Part shown: positions 50,756-63,404 of the stretch, piece after piece | Numbering within the stretch: the first letter of the stretch is position 1 | Layout of the letters: every line of letters starts with the position of its first letter | NCBI RefSeq assembly: GCF_001194135.2 | Contig: NC_068987.1 | Span: 87,720,694-87,784,607 of the forward strand | Source: Octopus bimaculoides | Lineage: Eukaryota | Direction: 5' to 3' | DNA: 63,914 nucleotides | Translations under genes and position numbers: made by a program | The notes under the pieces: model-generated | The model's input: only the letters and a program-made list of their open reading frames with translations | What the model was told of the DNA's origin: nothing | The model's database searches: none

Positions 50756-52289
50756 ATATAATAAGTCTATGTCTATCTTGAGACATGATTTTTCTTTTTA
50801 TTTTTCAATGTTTCTGTGAAACAAGATGTTAATTGCATTGGTGTTTTTTTTTTCTTTTATTCTATTTCTTTTTGTTGGGCTGCAGCCATACTGGAGCACC
50901 ATCTAGAATCTTTTTGTCAAACAAATCAATTCCAGTAGATTTCTTTTTTCATTTTTAAGTCTGGTACATATTCTGTCAGTCTAATTAGCTAAACTACTAA
51001 GTTACAGAGACATAAACAAACCAGCTATGATCATCATGTAGTAGACACACATATACACACAAAGACACACAGTTTCCATCAATCAAATTCACTCACAAGG
51101 CATTGGTCATTGGTCATACCATAATTACAGTAGAAGATACCTCAAGGTTCTGCACAGTGGGACTGAACCTGAAACTACTTGATCACAAAGCAGGCTTCTT
51201 AACCACACAGCCATGCCTGTGTAACAGCTGAGTGTGACAGCTTGTAAAAACCGATTCAGAGTAAAGGAATGAAAATGTCAGGTTGTACTGAGTTTAATAA
51301 AAATGCTGGTGCCTCATAACAATCACCTAATACACTGTGCAGTGGTTGGCATGTTAGGAAGGGCATCCAGCTGTAGAAACCATGTCAAAACAGACAGCTG
51401 GATACTGGTGCAGCTCAGCTCTCCAGCTCTTCTCAAACCATCTAACCCATGTCAGCATGAAAAACAGGCATTACATGATGGTGATTAAGATTCCCCTTAA
51501 ACAAGATGCCAGTCCTTTGCGAGATTCAAAGCCAGCAATTTTGAAGGGAGTAGGGAAGTTGATTACATCAATCCCAGTACTTCACTGGTACTTTATTTTA
51601 TTGCCCCTGAAGAAATGTAAGGCAACATTCACCTGAGTGGGATTTGAACTCGGGACATAAGTGCCGGAAGAAATGCCACAGGGCATTCCTGTCTAGTGTG
51701 CTGACAATTCTGCCAGAAATTAGGCCAGCAGTAAATGATATTCAAGTTGAAGGTAAGATCATATCTTTAAAAATAAAACAAAAGGAGAGAGGAATGATAG
51801 ATAAAATCAAATCAGGAGAAGCTACACACAGCACCTGTTTAAACTATAACGAGAGTAGTAGATACAGGTGATAGGTTGACTATTAACAACTAATTTTATA
51901 TGAGAAGAAATAAAAACCTCCAAATGGAATTTATAAGCAAGACACAAAAATAAATAAAATATAAAGCTTTATGATTTTATATCTCTAAACAGATTGCAGA
52001 AACAGAAATAGACTATTTTCAATGTTCTTTAGAGCTTAAAAACTGAAATTAACACATAAAAATACTGAAATAAGTAAACAAAGAAATGTTTAAATATACA
52101 AGACACCTCAAGGAATAAATGAAAAATGCAGATAAAACTAGACTGATAAGATATATGCTTCACAACCAGGTTGTAGATCTGGATTTTAATCCAAATGTAC
52201 AACAGCATTTCGGACTTTTATTGCAGTCTGGGGTAGATGAATGCCTTGTAAGAGAATGTAGATGGAAACTGTGTGGAGCCCATTGTATG

Positions 52290-52377
<88 letters not shown>

Positions 52378-52383
<6 letters not shown>

Positions 52384-52927
52384 TGAGTCAACAAGTAATG
52401 CCATTTTGTTTAGGACAGGTATAATAACCAACACAGGAACATGTATCATACATCAAAATGAAGCTGGTCCTCTGTGGATCACATCCCTACTTCTCAACAT
52501 AGTCACTGTTTCTCTCAATAGCAATGCTCCACCTTCGAATGAGAGCATGTATCCCTGCCCCGTAAAATTCTGTTGACTGTTCTTTGAGCCATTTCTTCAC
52601 TACAGTTTTCACTTCCTCATCACTGGACTATCATCTCTTTGACCCCATGAAAGAGGGTTTGAGAAGCAAACATTATTCCAGTGATGAGGAAGTGAAAACT
52701 GTAGTGAAGAAATGGCTCAAAGAACAGTCAACAGAATTTTACGGGGCAGGGAAACATGCTCTCATTCGAAGGTGGAGCATTGCCACTGAGAGAAACGGTG
52801 ACTATGTTGAGAAGTAGGGATGGGATCCACAGAGGACCAGCTTCATTTTGATGTATGATACATGTTCCTGTGTTGGTAATTATACCTGTCCTAAACAAAA
52901 TGGCATTACCTTTTTGACACACCCTTG
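52378..52927. mobile_element. Mariner-derived foldback element (two inverted 3' ends)
   Basis: Arms at 52378-52627 and 52677-52927 are near-identical inverted copies, with CGAGGG/CAAGGG termini and TA on the right. The plus strand encodes DYHLFDPMKEGLRSKHYSSDEEVKTVVKKWLKEQSTEFYGAGKHALIRRWSIATERNGDYVEK*, a mariner transposase C-terminus. Confidence 0.9.
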
Positions 52928-53486
52928 TATATGTGGGTGTGTATATGTTTGTGCTTCCTTGTCAGCACATCATGTGAAAGTTGTAAATGAGTGTCATTGG
53001 CATGCATTTCCAATTTTCTGCAGAAATTGTGTCTGGCTCTGGGGAAATATAGAGTTACTTAGAACTAGGTGGGTGTTGACAACACAAAGGGTATCTGGTT
53101 GTAGAAAATCTGCTTCAATAAACTGTCTGACCTATGCAGAGACGGAAAAGATAAAGTTAAAGCAACGATGATAATGATGTTCAAGTGAAGGTTGGAGCCG
53201 TTTTAACTTGCATTAAATAACTTTAGAGAAACCAAAGTCAAAATTCTTTAGGAAACTTCAAGTATTTTAGTTCTGTATCTACTGGTTTTGTTCTTGTTCC
53301 CATATTACTCCTCAACTGCCATATTTGATGGCATAACAAATGCACAGACACATTAGAAGCACCCCAATTCCAGTTGCACATATTCAGGAAAATTTTCTAA
53401 GTGCATTAAAAAATATAATATTTAAAGCAATCTCACAATACATAACAAAATATTACAAAAGTACCACAAGTACAGCAGAAAATATT

Positions 53487-53830
53487 ATCATCATCGTTTA
53501 ACGTCCGTTTTCCATGCTGGCATGGGTTGGACAGTTCGACTGGGGTCTGGGAAGCCAGGAGGCTGCACCAGGCACCAGTCTGGTAATGTTTCTACAGCTG
53601 GATGCCCTTCCTAACGCCAACCACTCCGAGAGTGTAGCGGATGCTTTTTACATGCCACTGGCTCAGGGGCCCAAGGGGGCTGGCATCGACCACAATCAAA
53701 TGGTGCTTTTTATGTGCCACCAGCACGGGAGCCAGTCAAGGCGGTGCTAGCATCAGCCACGTTCAGATGGTGCTTTTTACATGTCAATGGCACAGAAGCC
53801 AGTTGGGGCAAAGGGGCTGGCATTGACCAC
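53487..53830 (-). mobile_element. RTE LINE 3' UTR copy (about 4 units)
   Basis: Same UTR and tail. Confidence 0.75.
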
Positions 53831-54129
53831 ATTAAAGTTTAATATCATCATTATTATTATCATTATGAAGTTAAGGCATGAGCTGGCAGAAATGTTAGCA
53901 CGTCGGGTAAAATGCTTAGTGATATTTTGTCTGTCTTTACGTTCTGAGTTCAAATTCTGCTGGGGTCAGTTTTGCCTTTCATCCTTTCAGGGTTGATAAA
54001 TTAAGTACCAGTTGCATACTGGAGTCGATCTAATTGACTGGTCTTCTCCCCAAAAATTTCGGACTTTGTGCCTAGAGCAGAAAAGATTATTATTATGGAG
54101 TTAGGTGAGATAGAAGGGACCATCTAGAT

Positions 54130-54711
54130 CAGTGGTTTTCAACCGGGGTCCACATGACCCTTAGGGATTCATATAAGAATCTATCTGCAATGAATTGGTT
54201 AGGTTTCTACAATACACAAAATATTAAAATTTTTTTATACAATATAGGCGCAGCATGGCTGTGCATAAGTGCAGCATGGCTGTGCATAAGTGCAGCATGG
54301 CTGTGTGGTAAGAAGCTTGCTTCTCAACCACATGGTTCCAGGTTCAGTTCTACTGTGTGGCACCTTGGGTAAGTGTCTACAATAGCCTCGGGCCGACCAA
54401 AGTCGTGTGTGTGTGTGTGTTCTCCCACCATCGCTTGACAACCAATGTTGGTTTGTTTATGTCCCTATAACTTAGCGGTTCAGCAAAAGAGACTGATAGA
54501 ATAAGTGCTAAGCTTACAAAGAATAAGTCTTGGGGTCGATTTGTTTGACTAAAGGCAGTGCTCCAGCATGGCCACAGTCAAATGACTGAATTCCTAGTAA
54601 TATTTAATAATAAAAATATTATAGGATTTTTTTTTTAATGGCTATGAGGGTTCAGTAGAGCAAAATAAAAATCACAGGGGTCCCTAGGCAAAAAATGGTT
54701 GAGAATCACTG
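54130..54711. mobile_element. hAT-type MITE interrupted by a family-A SINE
   Basis: CAGTGGTTTTCAAC...GTTGAGAATCACTG termini. TSD is ATCTAGAT/GTCTAGAT, the nTCTAGAn target typical of Charlie/Buster hATs. Confidence 0.85.
54247..54590 (+). mobile_element. Family-A SINE with a triplicated 21-bp head unit
   Basis: GCAGCATGGCTGTGCATAAGT at 54250 and 54271, and partial at 54292. Confidence 0.85.
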
Positions 54712-56249
54712 GTCTAGATTAAAATTAGCCTATAGTAATGAGCATCAGGGATATAATTTAATGAAGGCCCAACTTGCAAACAGAACCTGATGTGATTGTT
54801 TTTCAGACATTTTTAAAAATAAAATCCATCTTATACAACATCAAATACAGTAAATATTTATAATATTGACCTAACCTTGCCAACTAAGTAAATAACACAC
54901 TTTCCTATTAAGTTGGATTATTTGCTTGATTAGCTAAGCTACACTACTTGAATAACGAGGACACAAGTTGCGCAAAATGGTAGCAGAGGATACATAAAAA
55001 CAAAAGAGAGGACAACTAAAACTTAGGTTAAGACAAGATCAAACCTTGTAAAGTAGGTCTCACTTCAAATGAAAAACAAACAAACACACTATATAAATTG
55101 TTACGTAATGGAAAAGTCTGTTTAATATGTTGCTAAATTCCCACAGTATACAGGATTTTCAACAGATGTCATAAAACACACTTTATATTTCAAATTATTG
55201 ACCTCAGTGAAAACATACATTTTCATAGCCATTTCATGACAGACGCTGTCAAAAGAATTCCAAACCATCAAAGCATCATTGATTTCCTTTTTTTTAAATT
55301 TTATTCTCTGTATTTCTTGCAAACATTTGTCCTGTTGATGTAAAACATCTGCTTCCTATGTCCAAGCAGTATGGAAATACAAGCTATGAATCAATATTAA
55401 CCGATGTTGCTTCTTTTTTTTTTTTCTTTGTTTCCTTTTTTTTTTTTTTTTTTTTTCATAGAAGTCATCACAGAAAAATGTACTTGCTTTGCAAACAACA
55501 TTATTAAGTCATATATTGAAAACTGTGAGTGAAACAAACAATTAAAATCTTTAGAAAAAGACTAAAAGGAACTTCTTACAAAAATTAAGAGTATTTATGA
55601 ACCAATTAATTATATTTTTATGAAGCAATTAACCAGAGACCTTTCTATTGAGACAAAATCAACGTTAAATGAAACTTATCGAATACTTATCGTGGCACTC
55701 CGTCGGTTACGACGACAAGGGTTCCAGTTGATCCAATGTAACAAGACCAGATGACCTATTATTTCAATTCTCCTAGATATAGCCGGCTGCATCTGTGTGC
55801 AGGATAAGTTTACATCCTGGCTCAAGCACTTCCCAGTTGGACAGGGAACAAATAAATTACATTTTCTCTATAATTAGCTCACTCTACCACTAACACAACA
55901 TACCACACACGTGTACTTTACACCTCCCCTCTCATAGCACTTACACACATTTACCTACATACACAAAACCTCCTCAGTAAGATGCCCACAATCACACACA
56001 CATACACACACAAACACACACACACACACACACACACACGCTGTTCATCATCTCAGTTGACTCAAACTTCACTTCTGCCGAGAAACACCATTTAATTCTA
56101 CTAATTCCATCTATTTTTAGGAATGTTTCCTCATCTATAAAAATATTAGTGAATTTTTCTTTTTTTTTCTACTAATCTCTTTTTCTTCCTATGTATTTTG
56201 TCAGAGAACCATGGTCTAAAACGCTGAATCTTCCCCCGTTTCTTCCCTT

Positions 56250-56515
56250 CATCATCATCATTTAACATCCGTTTTTCCATACTAGCATGGGTTGGACAGT
56301 CTAACTGGGGACTGGCAAGCCAGGAGGCTGCACCAGGCTCCAATATGATCTGGCAATGTTTCTACAGCTGGATGCCCTTCCTAACGCCAACCACTCCGAG
56401 AGTGTAGTGCATGCCTTTTATGTGCCACCGGCACAGGAGCCAGTCAGGAAGCACTGGCATCAGCCATGTTTGGATGGTGCTTTTTACGTGCCACCAGAAC
56501 AGGAGCCCCCTGGGG
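56250..56515 (-). mobile_element. RTE LINE 3' UTR copy
   Basis: Same UTR and tail. Shorter plus copies lie at about 51335-51483 and 59060-59245. Confidence 0.75.
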
Positions 56516-57916
56516 AGGGGGGCTCAGTATAAAAATTAACTTGTATACATATCTGCTTTTATAGGATTTCATTTTCTTTGTTCCTGAAATCTTTTTGCAC
56601 AATTTCTTTAAACAATAGATTTAACAACATTGCATAGACATGGTCATGTAGTTAAGAAGCTTGCTTCCCACGAACTTGTGGTTCCAGGTTCAATCCTACT
56701 GCTTGGTACCTTGGGCAAAAGTCTACTATAGCCTAAGGCCAACCAAATCCTTTCAGAGGATTTGGTAGATGGATACTGTAAGAATCCCATTGTGTGCGTG
56801 TATACAGACACACATACACACTCCTATCTTAACAACATATAATGGTTGCAAACAAGCATCAGTGTCATACAAGCAATGTCTGGCCATGGAAAAATAACTT
56901 TACCAGCAAACGGGTGAGGGTTGGTGACAGGAAGGGCATCTGATTCTAGAAAATTCCAGCTGATCCATGCAATCATGGAGAAATAGAATCAAGTGATGAT
57001 GATGGATTCAATAGCCATGAAGAATGTTAGAAGCTAATTTAAAACATAATGGTTGACAGCTTTTTAAATTTTTTCTCATGATTCTTCAAGCATTGTATAA
57101 ATAATTCAACAGAGAATGACAACTCATTTAAATGTTTAAATATCATGAGTTTAATATAAAGATTTTTGATGACTTAGACATCTGAATTTTGGAGTTATTA
57201 AGAAATTAATGTCTTGATAGTATCAACATTTTTCCATATAAAAATGCAAATTCTTCAGAGATGCTTTGATATTTAAAACAAAAAGACTTATTTTGAAGCA
57301 TTTTAAAGAAAATGTTGCTCTTGCAGTGACACATGGGTTTTGACACAAGGGCTTTATGATGGTTGATACAAACATGAACCTTTCAAGGAGACAAAATTAC
57401 ACACCTATTAAAGCAAGTCCTTGCGAAAAATTAAAATTGCATTTCATATAAAAGCAGTCTTCGATTTCCCTTTCAGCATTTTAATCTCCACTTTTCTATG
57501 CTTGCATGGGTCAGGCAGAGTTTATTGAGGCAGATTTTCTATGGCCAGATGCCCTCAACTGTTTCCAAGTAAGGTGATATTTCTCCACGGCCAGCCATGT
57601 TTAGGCAGAATACGGGAAATGTGTGAAATTGCTTGTATGATAGTGACACTCATTTACAAAGAGACCCACATACACACACGCTGCTTTTAGTTTCCATCGA
57701 CTAAATCCATTCACAAGAATTTGATCAGCCAGGGGCTATACAAAAAAAAAAGACATTTCCCAAAAGTGTAGTATTGTAGGACTGAACCCAAAACCATGTG
57801 GTTGGGAAGCAAACTTCTTAAACACACAACCATGCCTGTACCTTTGTATATGGTAACCACTCGAGTGCAGGTTTCTAAACATGTGAACCCTCAAAACACA
57901 TCTGATACTCAGATTA

Positions 57917-58065
57917 CAGATGACCTTCAATAGAATTGCATGGTCTTCACTATCAAAGGTAGCAGAGAGATAAAGTGACAAAGGTGTAAAGATAAACTGC
58001 AGTACTTGAGACTTAAGAGATGAGATTAATCCACAATATTACTTGATAAGAATGAGTGTATAATC

Positions 58066-58097
<32 letters not shown>

Positions 58098-59408
58098 AAA
58101 AAAAAACTAATACAATTATATTTTGCAAAAATGTGTACCACTAGTAAAGATAAATAGGTTGAGTGGATAAAGTCATCATCAGCATCGTTTAACGTGTTTT
58201 CCATGCTAGCATGAGTTGGACGGTTCGACTGGGGTCTGGTAAGCCAAAAGGCTGCACCAGGCTCCAGTTTGATCTGGCAGTTTCTACAGCTGGATGCCCT
58301 TCCTAATGCCAACCACTCCAAGAGTGTAGTGGGTGCTTTTTACTTGCCACCGGCACAGGGGGCAGGAGGATGGCAACACCCACGATCGGTTGGTGCTTTT
58401 TACGTGCTACCGGCACAGGGATCACAACTACAATTTCCATTTGATTTTTATTTTGATGTACTTGATTCAAGGTCTCCTCAAGCACAGCATGTTGCCCTAC
58501 GATCTAAGGTACTTTTGAATGGGCTGGGGCTGGTTATGCAAAACTGGTGTAGGATACTGCCATGAACTCACTATATTTGCCGGGTCTTCATAGTCACAGC
58601 ATACCTCCAGGTTTCGGTCTTTCGTCATTGCCTCTGTGAGGCCCAACATTCAAAGGTCACTGGTCCTGAGTTCAATCTGTTGTAGGTGTCTCACAACAAT
58701 TTATCATACATTTCATCATCATCATCAACCCCTGGATATTACCATGTTGAACCCTAGCACTCATAAGACCGGTCACCCAGATACTATGTTGTATAAGAGA
58801 CCAAGATCGTAACATTCCCCCTGGACAGGACGCCAGCCCATTGCATCAACCCCAGTGTTTTTGTTTTTCTTTCTTTTAAGCACTGCACTTATACTATCAG
58901 TCATTTTTGCCAAACCACTAAGTTACAGGTCATAAACACACCAAAAGCGGTTGTCAAACGGTTTACATACTACAACCTCTCTTCTTATGTCATAACGCTG
59001 ACCACTCCACCCCTCCACTTCTGGTTCTGTAGTCTTGCAAACTGCATAGCAGCCTCATTAGTGCTGGTGGTATGAAAAAAAGCACCCAGTACACGTTGTC
59101 AAGTGGTTGGCATTTGGAAGGGCATCAGGCCATAGAAACCATACCAAAGCAGACACTGGAGCAGGATGCAGTCCTTGGACCTTTTGGGCCCTGAAACCAT
59201 CCAGCCTTTGCCAGCATGGAACATAGATGTTAAATGATGATGATAGAAACAGTTGCATTTTGGTGATGAATGTTATAGTGAGGTAATATTGTGGATTAAT
59301 CTCATCTCTTAAGTCTCAAGTACTGCAGTTTATCTTTACACCTTTGTCACTTTATCTCTCTGCTACCTTTGATAGTGAAGACCATGCAATTCTTTTGAAG
59401 GTCATCTG
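57917..59408. repeat. 126-bp inverted duplication (57917-58042 / 59283-59408)
   Basis: The arms have a single mismatch and no similarity to the common repeat families in the window. Confidence 0.9.
58173..58660 (-). mobile_element. RTE LINE 3' end including the ORF C-terminus
   Basis: It starts with a (CAT)n tail and the same UTR. Minus-strand about 58575-58660 reads DL.MLGLTEAMTKDRNL(W)RYAVTMKTRQI* across frameshifts. Confidence 0.8.
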
Positions 59409-61652
59409 CAATTCTGGACCCTGAAACCATCCAACCCTTGATACAAAGATACACACATAGATATAGATATGCATGTATACAATGGGCTTCTTTCAGTTTT
59501 TGTCAACCAAATCCACCCACAAGGCTTTAGTCAGCCTGGGGCTAAAGTAAAGAGACATGCCCAATGTGCCACACAGTGAGACTGAACCCGGAAGCATGCG
59601 ATTGAGAAGCAAACTTCTTACCACACAGCCATGCCTGCTGGTCATTAAATTTGTTGTTAATTATTGATGTCCCTTTTGGGAAAACGCATTAATTATTCAA
59701 GCTAACATAAGTGTCTCTATTTGATCACATCATCTGCTACAGATACTATATATTATACCCTAACATCTTGCAAAACAGGAGAAAATAATCCTGAATGCAC
59801 ACGTGTCGAAGAAAAGGATGAATCAGTCAAGACTCTAATGTTATTGATCAGAGTTTTGTAAGATCAGGTTTTACCTGGAGGTAAATTACAACAAAGGAAA
59901 AAATATGTTAATGATGTAGCAATATAAATTTTATGTTTAACAATGATTACAACATAAAAGTCTTCAATCATAAAAGATCTATTTAATCAGAGATAACCCA
60001 AGTCAAATGATAATTTAATAGCCCACCAAAACATCAAGCTGCTCATTTATATTCTCAGGATATTATGGAAATAATCAAACCTTAGTTTTTGTGATATGAA
60101 TGAGTATTCAGTGCTCCTTTCTAATTAAATAATCAATTAATCTTACTTCCTAATACCATTGAATTTTTCTTTCAGACATTACAGTATATTCAGACAGTTA
60201 CTACAGGACCAGTAAACAAGGATGAAACTATACTTCTGCTGATGGTAGCTACGAATGCAGAAACATTTCAAGGTTGTCTCCCTTGATTTCACCAAAGAAT
60301 GTTAGCTAAACGCTGTTTTCTTGGTCACCACATTAAATACATTTTGTTTTGATTTGGGTTTTTCCTCTGACATTGAAAACAGGATTAAATAAACCGACAT
60401 TTTTATTTACTACCTACGTTGAAAAGCATTGTTTAAAACAGCCAACAAGCTACCCACCCTGCGGTTAATCAACCTGCTAGAAACAACAGCCAAATCTCTC
60501 TCCAGTCACAACTAATGGTGAAAATAGCACACATTGGATAATGTGGACCTTATATGCACTGTGAACTAAAGATAGGATGGTCATGGCTAGAACACGTGTG
60601 GTTAGAAGTCTACTTAATGAGGGCTGGCCTAAACTATAACCAATATTTTAAACAAATCTAGATTGAACTACCGAGTGAGATTTACACAGCCAGCAATATG
60701 CATACAAGTTAGTGTGTACCTAAATAAAAGGTCACCATGAGGGCAAGGTCTTTTATTATAGGGACCAAGGTAAAGTTTAAGCATACACACAGAACAAATA
60801 TCTCTCATTGATAAGAAAAGAAAAAAATGGGCGGGGTATATTTACATTATGCTGAGTCTTAAGAAGCAACAGAGAAGGCATTTTATCAGTCCAGCGGAAG
60901 TGAGGGGATTGCAGTACTTGTGACTGTAATTTAATATTAGGGAACTAGAACACATTGTTGAGGAAATTAGAGGAAAAGTTTCCATAGGTTGGTAAACATT
61001 CCTCGCTTCAGCACCAGATAAGAAAACAATAATGCCCCCGATGCAGTCTTGTGAAGACTAGGTTATCGGGATTAAAAAAAAAGTTAGATAAGTTGACGAT
61101 CGTGAAAAGTAAAAATAATTTATAAGTAAAACAGCGATACAATATCAGGGACTTGTATAGTCAGGGGGGGGGNNNNNNNNNNNNNNNNNNNNNNNNNNNN
61201 NNNNNNNNNNNNNNNNNNNNNNNNNNNNNNNNNNNNNNNNNNNNNNNNNNNNNNNNNNNNNNNNNNNNNNNNNNNNNNNNNNNNNNNNNNNNNNNNNNNN
61301 NNNNNNNNNNNNNNNNNNNNNNNNNNNNNNNNNNNNNNNNNNNNNNNNNNNNNNNNNNNNNNNNNNNNNNNNNNNNNNNNNNNNNNNNNNNNNNNNNNNN
61401 NNNNNNNNNNNNNNNNNNNNNNNNNNNNNNNNNNNNNNNNNNNNNNNNNNNNNNNNNNNNNNNNNNNNNNNNNNNNNNNNNNNNNNNNNNNNNNNNNNNN
61501 NNNNNNNNNNNNNNNNNNNNNNNNNNNNNNNNNNNNNNNNNNNNNNNNNNNNNNNNNNNNNNNNNNNNNNNNNNNNNNNNNNNNNNNNNNNNNNNNNNNN
61601 NNNATATATATATATATACAAAGGTTAATTAATTGCAAGGAAATCAACTCAC

Positions 61653-61729
61653 CTGGATCGTACAACAACCCAGACTTGGCAGATTTGTTGGTTGCAGGAT
61701 GGACCCATGAGGTAGTCTCGTGCAAATCG
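61653..61729 (-). CDS. PLEKHA7: PLEKHA5/6/7-like gene, coding exon (end of WW1 plus linker): (x)DLHETTSWVHPATNKSAKSGLLYDP
   Basis: Minus strand reads ttgtttag|C GAT TTG CAC GAG ACT ACC TCA TGG GTC CAT CCT...GAT CCA G|gtgagt. It is 77 nt, phase 2 to phase 1. It aligns by eye without gaps to the human PLEKHA7 segment DQLRCTTWLHPRTGEPVNSGHMIRS (recalled). The symbol denotes the family; paralog assignment is not possible. Confidence 0.85.
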
Positions 61730-62375
61730 CTAAACAAGAGAAAAATTGGAAGAAAAACATGACATACACAACCCTTACCGAGACATACACACAAAAAAAA
61801 ACAATACACAGGTACAAACACTTTAATCAAAAATATCCAATAAACAAAAGTTAATTAAACAAGATCGATCAACATTTTCTGATAATGAAACATTTTAATT
61901 TTTTTTTTCTTAACTATTACAATGCTTTTTATATCTAGCTAAAACTTCGTATTTTAGTGAAAATGTCGAAATTTGTCACTGAATTAATTATAATTATTAT
62001 TATAAACATTATGTGTTGTTAGCCCATTTCCCTCTCATCGGTCAGCTCTGGCCTATAAATGTTCCAGTCGTGACCATTCCATCTTTTATTGGCACAGTAT
62101 ATACTACGACTGCCATTATTCAGTGTCCTATCTTTTTCTTATCGTTATTTCCAAGTCAGTGAGGTGTGCGTTAAAGGCGATAAGACTGCTATTTCTAGCA
62201 GATCTAGAAACATGGTAGAAGATCGATAAATAATTATTGGAAGTGTCTATGTTAAAAAAACTCGGTGAATGTGAAAAATAGTCGTTTGTATGTATGAGTT
62301 TGGAGTCGATATAATGTTTTATAGTCTTCGATCAACATTCTTAAGGATATGTAGCTGGGGGGGGGGGGCAATATG

Positions 62376-62452
62376 CAGGATGCCCATAAATTGCCTTTAC
62401 AATTTGGAATGTGGAAGTTTCAAAGTTGTAAAGATAATTTATAGACACCCTG
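62376..62452. mobile_element. About 80-bp Tc1-type mini-MITE
   Basis: CAGGATGCCCATAAATTGCCTTTACAATTT versus the reverse complement of the right end, CAGGGTGTCTATAAATTATCTTTACAACTTT. TA flanks the right side. Confidence 0.55.
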
Positions 62453-62547
62453 TATATCTCTTACTATAACAAAAGGTGTGGAAATAGTTGTGACACGAAA
62501 TTTCAGATTTATACTGAGATTATGTGACGTTCATGTCCTTCTGAAAT

Positions 62548-62870
62548 GTTGTTGGCACTCCATCGCTTACGACGTCGAGGGTTCCAGTTGATCAGATTAA
62601 CGGAACAGCCTGCTCATGAAATTAACGTGCAAGTGGCTGAGCACTCCACAGACATGTGTACCCTTAACGTAGTTCTCGGGGATATTCAGTGTGACACAGT
62701 GTGACAAGGCTGACCCTTTCAATTACAGGCACAACAGAAACAGGAAGTAAGTGTGAGAGAAAGTTGTGGTGGAGCTTTAGGTGTTTTCGCTCAATAAACA
62801 CTCACAACTCCCAGGCTGGGAATCGAAACCGCGAGTCCGCTATCCTAACCACTGGGCCATTGCGCCTCCA
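62548..62870 (-). mobile_element. Family-D tRNA-derived SINE
   Basis: Reverse complement of TGGAGGCGCAATGGCCCAGTGGTTAGG...GAGTGCCAACAAC. Other minus copies lie at about 21700-22005 and 47825-48135. Confidence 0.85.
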
Positions 62871-63404
62871 CTCAAATACATAAGATATAAAGAAATAAAA
62901 TTACTACAACGACCAGAAATCGAAACTAGAAAGCATGTCCCAGGTACCATGCTATAACGTTTAACTCAACTAAGCTCCACACATACCAGTTATTACCAAG
63001 CATACATATAAAGGAAACTCCAGCTGTGACCATCAGGTCTTTTTTTTTTTTTTTTTTTTTTTTTTGTCTAGGATCAAATTGTCCAATATGTCCCTTTAAA
63101 AGGAAAAGAAAGGATAGTAGGGCGTTATATACTTTCATAGATCAGGGTTTATGTTTTGCGAAACACACCCCTTAACTGAGACAACAAACTTGCGACAGCT
63201 ATAAAGATGTATTGCCTGTTGTTTCGACCCAGAACAATCCTGAAACGGCAAGACTATAACCAAAAGCGCTCCAACTATAACCATTTCATCTTTTGGCATC
63301 TTTCATTTATTTATTACCGCCTTAAAAGAAATAAACAGGTTGTTGGCACGGCTGCAATCTCTAGCAGGTGTATGTCGTTGTACAATACATAGGGCAGACT
63401 TAAG

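Larger units (their letters stand above)
50503..61652 (-). other. 11.2-kb GT-AG intron between the WW1-linker exon and the WW2 exon
   Basis: Bounded by a gtgagt donor (61652) and a tttgcag acceptor (50503). The phases match. Confidence 0.8.

Noticed and set aside
60860-60930. FYQSSGSEGIAVLV, resembling a LINE AP-endonuclease motif
   Set aside because: It is too short and has no neighbouring motifs to support the call.
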